Shown: in pieces, positions 6,369 to 13,154 of the stretch | Layout of the letters: every line of letters begins with the position of its first letter | Position numbering within the stretch: position 1 is the stretch's first letter | Assembly (NCBI GenBank): GCA_036339735.1 | Contig: JAYZAL010000048.1 | Location: 1 to 13,154 of the forward strand | From: Candidatus Poribacteria bacterium | Lineage (GTDB): Bacteria > Poribacteria > WGA-4E > UBA9662 | Direction of reading: 5' to 3' | Length of the DNA: 13,154 nucleotides | The notes under the pieces: model-generated | The model's input: only the letters and a program-made list of their open reading frames with translations | Told to the model about the DNA's origin: nothing | The model's database searches: none | Translations under genes and position numbers: made by a program

Positions 6369-7973
6369 TTAGCTATTTCCACGAGGTGTCATGGTCGCAA
6401 TGGGTATAATCAGCTCCCCTGGCGATATACCACCGTGTTGAAATCCACCCCGAAATTGCCTTGTATATTCGTTGTACTGATTCGGATATACAAAGTAGTA
6501 ATCTTCTTTTGCAATAATATAGTTTTTCCCCAAATTTCCCGTCGGCAATTTGTACTGTTTGGGGTCATCAATATAGAGACTTTGACTACGATCACACCCA
6601 AGGTTATTGCCAACTTTGAAGCGTAAACTAGTCGATGTTTCCCGATTACCGAACGCACGTGCCGGCCGGTTACAGAGAACAGAACCATGGTCAGAAGTTA
6701 ATATCACGACAGCGTCCTGCTTTGCAATAATCTTCAGAATTTCAAACAGCGCGGAATGTGAAAACCACGATTTGACCAACGAACAAAAAGCAGATTGGTC
6801 TGGCGCAATTTGCTGTAACAAGTCCGATTCAGAACGTTGATGTGTTAAAATGTCGATAAAATTCACTACTAGTGCAGACAATGTAATCTGATCAAAAGTA
6901 GTGGCTTGTCGAATAAACTCGTTGCCACCTTTGGCATCAAAAATTTTGTAATATCTTAATCCGGGTTTAAGTTTAAGTCCTTCCTCTTGGGTCTTCCACT
7001 GCAAGAGTTGTCGCTCATAACGATTAGTACTAGTTTCGCCATCAGCCCCCTCTTGCCAAAATTCAGGAAAACGATCAGCCAATTGGGAAGGGAAAAGCCC
7101 ACTAAACAGTGCATTTCTCGAGTAGAGCGTAGCACTTGGTAAAATTGAATAATAGCAGTTAAGATCAATGTAAAAGTAGGGTTGAAGTAAGGATTCAATT
7201 GTCAACCAATGATCCAAGCGTAAGCAGTCGACGACGATAAAGTGAACAGGTTTTTCCTCTCTTAAGTAAGGAAGAACATAGTGGTCTAAGACATCGACTG
7301 ATAATAGCGGCCCATCTTTTCCTTTTAACCACTTCGGGTAATTATTTTCTATGTAGTCAGAAAATTTGGTGTTAATCTCTTTTTTTAGAGCCTGATGGGT
7401 CTCTTCTAATCCGGTTCTGCTAAGAGGATCGAACTCAAGATCCCAAGTGGTGATTTTTTGGTAAACTCTTACCCACTCTTTCCAATCAGGCTGATTGTTA
7501 ATTAAATTGTGAATGTCATTAAAGTCATCTGTATAGGACTGAGGAATCTGTTCTTCAATAATTTTCGTACGATGTAAGATTCGCTTTAGTGTTGAGGCAA
7601 TCTGCACTCCACCAATCGGCTTAATCAGGAAGTCAGCCACGTGCTTTGACAAAGCCTCATCAACTAATGGTTCATCTTGGATTTGTGTCAACATAATGAC
7701 GGGAATCGTAGTGTCAATTTGTCTCAATTGGTCAAGCGTAGAAATACCGTCTAATCCGGGCATCATCTGGTCCAAGATTACCGCATCGTAATGGTATTGG
7801 TCAATCAAAGCAAGGGCATCAGAACCATTGGTTACGGGCGTTACCTGAAAAGATTTCTCTCTGAGATAGAGAATATGTGGCTCGAGAACGTCAATCTCAT
7901 CATCAACCCATAAGATGTTATGAATTGGTGCTAAAGCGTTATAGTTAGTATTTCTAATGTTGTCCCCTTTCAT
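6369..7973 (-). CDS. porX: PorX-like response regulator: receiver domain plus PglZ (alkaline-phosphatase superfamily) domain
   Basis: REC: ILWVDDE, ILDQMMPG (phospho-acceptor D68), MLT, IKP. PglZ: IVVDCLRLD, SILPSATLYSRNALFSG (Thr nucleophile position), NFIDILTH, TSDHG, YYFVYPN, FQHGGIS, matching PorX family motifs. No DNA-binding domain. The symbol denotes homology, not a demonstrated T9SS role. Confidence 0.9.
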   Translation of the reverse strand: MKGDNIRNTNYNALAPIHNILWVDDEIDVLEPHILYLREKSFQVTPVTNGSDALALIDQYHYDAVILDQMMPGLDGISTLDQLRQIDTTIPVIMLTQIQDEPLVDEALSKHVADFLIKPIGGVQIASTLKRILHRTKIIEEQIPQSYTDDFNDIHNLINNQPDWKEWVRVYQKITTWDLEFDPLSRTGLEETHQALKKEINTKFSDYIENNYPKWLKGKDGPLLSVDVLDHYVLPYLREEKPVHFIVVDCLRLDHWLTIESLLQPYFYIDLNCYYSILPSATLYSRNALFSGLFPSQLADRFPEFWQEGADGETSTNRYERQLLQWKTQEEGLKLKPGLRYYKIFDAKGGNEFIRQATTFDQITLSALVVNFIDILTHQRSESDLLQQIAPDQSAFCSLVKSWFSHSALFEILKIIAKQDAVVILTSDHGSVLCNRPARAFGNRETSTSLRFKVGNNLGCDRSQSLYIDDPKQYKLPTGNLGKNYIIAKEDYYFVYPNQYNEYTRQFRGGFQHGGISPGELIIPIATMTPRGNS

Positions 7974-9480
7974 TTCGATTGGGCAATTTACCTAGGGAAT
8001 GACTATTGTTTCGATGAGAAACTGGAATCTGGATTTCAAAAGTAGTACCACTAGTGCTACTATGTAATAAACGAATTCGACCATTATGATATTCTTCAAT
8101 TATTCGCTTAGCTAATGTAAGACCCAGCCCCCAACCATGGTTTTTAGTCGTCATACCAGGATTAAAGATTTTCCGCCGATCTTTACGCCCAATACCTTTG
8201 CCATTATCGCTATATAAGATATTAATAAGACGCTTTGTTGAGTCATAGCCTAGTCTTAGATTTATTTGACCTACCGTTTTATCCATTGCGTCAATGGAAT
8301 TCCGGATCAGATTCTCAAAGACCCACTGTAGTAATTCTGAATTGGCATTGATTTGTGGTAACCCTCCATAGTCAACATTTAGTTTAACTTCCTTGCTTTT
8401 TGGCAGACGGGCCCGAAAGTAGGTAACGACCTCGTTGACTACCCAGTTGACATCAACCCATTCTTTCTGAGGGAATGAACCTATCTTACTAAAGCGACGG
8501 GCAATCTGCTGCAGACGATTGAGATCCTTCTGCATATTTTTATAAGTTCTACCCAGAAGTGGATCTGATTGATTACCTTCACGGTCAATAATAAAATCGA
8601 CCCAACCGATTAATGAAGAAATAGGAGTCCCTAGTTGGTGTGCAGTCTCTTTTGCCAGGCCTGTCCAAATTGCAGATTGCTCATATGTTTTAATTCTTCG
8701 ATAAGATACAAATCCAACCAGAGAAAAAGTCAAAAACACCGTAACCAAAACAACTGGCATAACCATTAGGCCGTAATATGGTTTTTTTTCGTAGTAAAAA
8801 TGACCTTTTTGCCAATTCGGCGTTGTTTGCAAGGGGATAACATGATTCTGTGCAGTCGCACTCCGAACGAACATCTCAGCTTGGGATAGCTGATCTTCTG
8901 ATGAACTGGCAGAAGTTACTAGTCCCTCCCAACGTTGCCATTTCTTCGGTTTATTGTTGGCATCCGTAAAAACGAAGGGGATCTGCTCAATTACCGCAGA
9001 ATCCGACACGCCATGATACAGGTAACCGTAGATTTCCCGATCTTCCACAAGATACCGTATCGAGCGACGAACACCTTTTCGTCGCATACGTTCTAGTGTA
9101 GATTCAATCAGGATGAGTTCCTCTGAATTGAGCCCAATCGGAGGCTCAGCTTGCAATTTTCGTTCAATTTCTGGATCTATTCCCTTAGCAATAACCACTT
9201 TTTGCTCTTCAGCATCAGTAATAACGAAGGACAAACGGCCCACCTGAGTCGATTGCTTCACAATCTGGTTAAGCCTGCTTTGCAACCCACTGTCGCTGAG
9301 TTCTGGTATTTCTGCGGCCAAACCAGCCAGAGACTCTACTTGCGCTTCTAAATCTTGGTTGAGTTTCAGCACCTGTTTAGTGTAGTAGAAGAATGCAGAA
9401 AGCAGTATTAATACACCTAATAGGAAATAAGTAACCAAGAAGCGAACGGCTGCGGAGGTCTGTTTTTTTATGGAGAACAC
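7954..9480 (-). CDS. Membrane-bound sensor histidine kinase (2 TM, extracytoplasmic sensor, HisKA + HATPase_c)
   Basis: TM at about aa 13-33 and 238-260. H-box AKETAHQLGTPISSL (H281), N-box VFENLIRNSIDAM, DNGKGI, IFNPGMTTK, GWGLGLTLAKRII. GTG start. Overlaps the REC-PglZ ORF by 20 nt, suggesting a cognate pair. Confidence 0.93.
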   Translation of the reverse strand: MFSIKKQTSAAVRFLVTYFLLGVLILLSAFFYYTKQVLKLNQDLEAQVESLAGLAAEIPELSDSGLQSRLNQIVKQSTQVGRLSFVITDAEEQKVVIAKGIDPEIERKLQAEPPIGLNSEELILIESTLERMRRKGVRRSIRYLVEDREIYGYLYHGVSDSAVIEQIPFVFTDANNKPKKWQRWEGLVTSASSSEDQLSQAEMFVRSATAQNHVIPLQTTPNWQKGHFYYEKKPYYGLMVMPVVLVTVFLTFSLVGFVSYRRIKTYEQSAIWTGLAKETAHQLGTPISSLIGWVDFIIDREGNQSDPLLGRTYKNMQKDLNRLQQIARRFSKIGSFPQKEWVDVNWVVNEVVTYFRARLPKSKEVKLNVDYGGLPQINANSELLQWVFENLIRNSIDAMDKTVGQINLRLGYDSTKRLINILYSDNGKGIGRKDRRKIFNPGMTTKNHGWGLGLTLAKRIIEEYHNGRIRLLHSSTSGTTFEIQIPVSHRNNSHSLGKLPNRNERGQH

Positions 9481-9528
9481 GTCGATCTAAATAAAATTCA
9501 TTAGTCCAACCGTATAACCCTTGCCTGA

Positions 9529-9558
9529 ATTATAACCAAAACGGTAGGGCTAAAGCAA
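9529..9558 (-). promoter_or_regulatory. Putative sigma70-type promoter upstream of the histidine kinase
   Basis: Minus strand TTGCTT (9558-9553), 18-nt spacer, TATAAT (9534-9529), 48 nt upstream of the GTG start. GGTTATA occurs twice (9537-9531, 9519-9513). Confidence 0.4.
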
Positions 9559-10821
9559 ACCAGCCATAGGACTCGACGTCACCCGCAAAATAATTTCCAA
9601 TAAAATTTCGATAGCATAATAAAGATCGGAAGTTTTCAGATGTTCATCATCAGAGTGAATATTGGTGATTGGAGTTCCTGTAAGCAAGGGGAAAAAGCCA
9701 AAAACTGGAATTCCCATTAGTCTTAGAATTCGACTGTCCGAATAGCCTGGGGTTATATGCGGAATCACATTAAACTGAGGACAGATAGACTTTATTGTCG
9801 TGTGTATGCAATGGTATAGTGAATGGTGAATCGAAGATGACGTGCTGGGAGAACTGTGTTGTAGTATCCATCGGATACCTTGCAAGCGTAGCCGATTTTG
9901 CAAGTTTTGGTGGGTTTCTTCAATGGATCGTGTATTGTCTGGTAAAAATCTGAAGTCGAGAGATACTGAGTCTTGGCCAGAATGAATAGTTGCCTGATGG
10001 AAAAATAATTGTGTGAGATCTAACTGCTGAGGAGAATTCCTCTGTTGCCAAGATAGTATTGCTGTCAGTAATCTAGGACTGAATTGAGTAAACAATGATG
10101 GGAGCAATATCTTTACTAAGTGATGAGATACTGCGGATAATGGCTGAGAAAGATGAATTACTTTATCTCTTTTCTTTGGCCCAATTTTCTTGATTTTATC
10201 TTGTTCAGTAGTGAAAAATAGAGAATGGCCTTTTTCACCGACTTGACAGGTTAAAAAACTCTTCTGGCCAAATTGGATAGGATAACCACCCCCTTCGTTC
10301 AAAGCACAACTTATATACTTTTTAGTAGATAGACGTTCAACCACCCATCGGAGACTATCGCCTGTACCTAATTCTTCATCAGTGGTGACCAAAAAAATAA
10401 TGCTCGTCTTTAGTCTTTTTCGATACTCTTGCAACCACCTTAGAATAGTCAACCAAACAACCACTAAACCTTTACAATCGACAGCGCCACGGCCCCAAAT
10501 TGCACCTTGAGCCAAATACCCACCAAAAGGTGGGTATTGCCAATGACCAACGTTACTGACTGGTGCTACATCTAAATGACTTAACAACAACAATGTTTCT
10601 TTTGATTGTCCATCAAGTTTAATAACCAGTAATGGCCGGCTAGTGGAGGGATACATAATTTGAGGTGTTAACCCCATTTGCCTGGCAGTTTTATCTAGAT
10701 AAGAAATGGCCTCATGATGGACTGTTAGGTTGTCCCCTACCGTCCTAAAACGAAGCAAGGCCGACAAAATATCGACAGCCTGTCGCTGATATCTATCACT
10801 AATTCTCTTGACTGACAGCAC
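9550..10821 (-). CDS. M20/M25/M40 family metallo-hydrolase (ArgE/DapE/aminoacylase-like)
   Basis: LLLSHLDVAP (HxD), PPFGG, IWGRGAVDCKG, TDEE, NEGG, PGYSDSR, IHSDDEH. The ORF is open to 10872, but GTG 10821 (23-nt overlap with the ATPase) is a more plausible start. Confidence 0.9.
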   Translation of the reverse strand: MLSVKRISDRYQRQAVDILSALLRFRTVGDNLTVHHEAISYLDKTARQMGLTPQIMYPSTSRPLLVIKLDGQSKETLLLLSHLDVAPVSNVGHWQYPPFGGYLAQGAIWGRGAVDCKGLVVVWLTILRWLQEYRKRLKTSIIFLVTTDEELGTGDSLRWVVERLSTKKYISCALNEGGGYPIQFGQKSFLTCQVGEKGHSLFFTTEQDKIKKIGPKKRDKVIHLSQPLSAVSHHLVKILLPSLFTQFSPRLLTAILSWQQRNSPQQLDLTQLFFHQATIHSGQDSVSLDFRFLPDNTRSIEETHQNLQNRLRLQGIRWILQHSSPSTSSSIHHSLYHCIHTTIKSICPQFNVIPHITPGYSDSRILRLMGIPVFGFFPLLTGTPITNIHSDDEHLKTSDLYYAIEILLEIILRVTSSPMAGLL

Positions 10822-12835
10822 TGTTTCCAGTCCGACCAAATCCCAATAAACGTGAAGAATTAATGACGACAAACGCAGACGAAATATTATGAACTACTGC
10901 AGCCATGATAGGATTAAGCCATCCACTACCTGCTAGTGCAATGCCAACGATATTCATGCCAACAGCAAAAAGAATAATGTTTTGCTTAATTAAACGAAGT
11001 GATTTTCGACTTAAACCAATAACATGATTCAACAAACGTAAATCATTTCCCATCAGCACAATACCAGCTGATTCTATTGCAACATCAGTACCAATAGCTC
11101 CCATGGCAACACCAACCTCAGCTACCATTAGAGCTGGAGCATCGTTAACACCATCACCAATCATTGCTACTTTCTGATTCCCAGATTGCAACTGACGAAT
11201 ATAGTCTAACTTTTCCTCTGGTAAAAGTTGTGCGCGTACTGAATCTGAATCGATACCAACTTCTTCTGCAATTGTATTAGCTGTAGTCTGGTTATCCCCG
11301 GTCAACATCACTATATTTTGAATTCCGCTCCGACGAAGACTGGTAACCATCTCCTTAGCTTCTGTTCTCAGCGTATCAGCAACTGCGACACCTCCCAAAA
11401 TGAGCTCATTCCTAGCAACCAATAACGCTGTCCGACCAGCTGACTCTTGCTGAGACAAGAACTTGTCAGCCAAAGGATGAGATTGAATACCTTCTTGAGC
11501 CAGTAGTCGCCAGTTGCCCACCCATACGTCGTCTCCTGATTCTAATTTCACTTTGATTCCAAGACCAAATATTATTTCAAATTCAGTTACTGGAAGTGGC
11601 TGGATGTTGTTACCTTCAGCCTGATACTCAGACCCCGCTTGTCGACTAAAACTTGTAATCGCCTGAGCTATCGGGTGTTCAGAACGCATCTCAGCCGACA
11701 GTGCAAGTTGTAAGACTTCTTCTTCACTGACTAAGCCAAATGTTTCTAAAGCTACAACAGCCGGTTGTCCTTTTGTCAATGTACCTGTTTTGTCCAGACA
11801 GACGGTATCGACTTGACCTACCGCCTCAACCATGGTACCGCCTTTAATCAAAATGCCTTTTTTTGCAGCATTACCCACACTAGCTACAACGGCGGTTGGT
11901 GTAGCCAAAACTAACGCACAGGGACAAGCAATTAACAAAACTGCGGTCACATTGGTGACATTACCATCAGTCAGAAACCAGACGATGGTAGCAATGGCCA
12001 GAATTAGCGGAGTGAAATAACGGGCAAATTCGTCAGCCACTCTTTGGGTTTCTCCCTTGTTTTGTTGAGCTTGAAAGACTACTTGGATGATACGACCAAT
12101 TGCGGTGTTGCGACCAATTTTAGTGACTTTTACCTCGATAGCACCGTCCCGGTTGATAGTTCCAGCAAAAACTAAGTCGGTAGAACTCTTATCAACCGGC
12201 AAGGACTCACCTGTTAAGCTAGATTCATCAATGGCAGCTTCACCCGATAGTATCTCACCGTCGACTGGGATACGCTCACCAGCCTTTACCAAAATCCGAT
12301 CAGAAAGTTTGACTTTTTTGAGTGGGACTTGTACCCAATCGTTATTTCCATCATCTGTTGACTGACGCCAAGCAGTTTCTGGAACTAACTTGATGAGAGA
12401 CTGAACTGCATTACGTGTCTTAGCTAGCGTTAAATCTTCCAAAAATTCACCGCTAATCATAATAAAAGCTGCAATGGCGCCAGCCAGATATTCCTCCGTC
12501 AGAGCAGAGGCAACCAGAGCTATTACAACCAACAAACCTGCAGTAATTTGTCGCTTTCCGATCATAGAAACTAGTGTTGTATAGGTAATCATGCCTCCTC
12601 CTAGCAACATAGGAATCAAGGCTAAATCTAATTGAAACCATTTTCTTACTGCGTTTCCTGACCCATCCTCATCGTGTCCAAAGAGAAGATCAGCTTGGAT
12701 TAGGGACCAATTCTGAACTATCGATAGAATAATGAAAATTAGTAGAAATAGGGGGGGAATAAATTTACTGACATTTTGGAATAGTGTCTTTGGCTTATTT
12801 TGATTATCAAGAATCCCGTGTCCGCCTTCGTGCAT
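10799..12835 (-). CDS. Heavy-metal-translocating P1B-type ATPase
   Basis: GERIPVDG, LTGES, ACPCAL, DKTGTLT, SEHP, MLTGDN, GDGVNDAPAL. TM7 IKQNIILFAVGMN, TM8 VHNISS. No N-terminal HMA (CxxC) domain. GAGGAG RBS 8 nt before ATG. Confidence 0.96.
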   Translation of the reverse strand: MHEGGHGILDNQNKPKTLFQNVSKFIPPLFLLIFIILSIVQNWSLIQADLLFGHDEDGSGNAVRKWFQLDLALIPMLLGGGMITYTTLVSMIGKRQITAGLLVVIALVASALTEEYLAGAIAAFIMISGEFLEDLTLAKTRNAVQSLIKLVPETAWRQSTDDGNNDWVQVPLKKVKLSDRILVKAGERIPVDGEILSGEAAIDESSLTGESLPVDKSSTDLVFAGTINRDGAIEVKVTKIGRNTAIGRIIQVVFQAQQNKGETQRVADEFARYFTPLILAIATIVWFLTDGNVTNVTAVLLIACPCALVLATPTAVVASVGNAAKKGILIKGGTMVEAVGQVDTVCLDKTGTLTKGQPAVVALETFGLVSEEEVLQLALSAEMRSEHPIAQAITSFSRQAGSEYQAEGNNIQPLPVTEFEIIFGLGIKVKLESGDDVWVGNWRLLAQEGIQSHPLADKFLSQQESAGRTALLVARNELILGGVAVADTLRTEAKEMVTSLRRSGIQNIVMLTGDNQTTANTIAEEVGIDSDSVRAQLLPEEKLDYIRQLQSGNQKVAMIGDGVNDAPALMVAEVGVAMGAIGTDVAIESAGIVLMGNDLRLLNHVIGLSRKSLRLIKQNIILFAVGMNIVGIALAGSGWLNPIMAAVVHNISSAFVVINSSRLLGFGRTGNSAVSQEN

Positions 12836-12852
12836 TGAGTGATCTCCTCAAA

Positions 12853-13154
<302 letters not shown>

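Noticed and set aside
6369-7973. PglZ domain as part of a BREX/Pgl phage-defence system
   Set aside because: Fused to a receiver domain next to a kinase (PorX architecture); no brxC/pglX/brxL-like genes in the window.
5628-12641. Short nested ORFs (5628, 6117, 6410, 6435, 6607, 6956, 9151, 11832, 12087, 12453)
   Set aside because: All lie within or largely overlap well-supported genes, antisense or off-frame, with no independent coding signal.

Overview
Bacterial genomic window, AT-rich, with most genes on the minus strand. The right ~8.5 kb is a co-directional minus-strand gene string. In transcription order: a partial His/Asp-repeat membrane protein missed by the ORF track (>=73 consecutive His/Asp residues plus one C-terminal TM helix), a P1B-type heavy-metal ATPase with atypical TM signatures and no N-terminal CxxC domain, an M20 metallopeptidase, a sensor histidine kinase, a PorX-like REC-PglZ response regulator, and RNase E/G. 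The middle holds a plus-strand hypothetical protein, an aldo/keto reductase and an intergenic hairpin-rich element. The left ~2.9 kb looks like a decaying accessory region: a caspase(C14)-FGE/sulfatase-modifying-factor fusion pseudogene, several frameshifted small membrane-protein remnants, a 13-bp inverted repeat, and the 5' part of a secreted glycoside-hydrolase-like gene that runs off the left edge (also missed by the ORF track). No rRNA, tRNA, CRISPR array or transposase was seen. The best candidates for a novel system are the His/Asp protein plus P1B-ATPase module and its linkage to the kinase/PorX-like phosphodiesterase/RNase E/G module. Family calls come from recognising motifs by eye; no searches were run.
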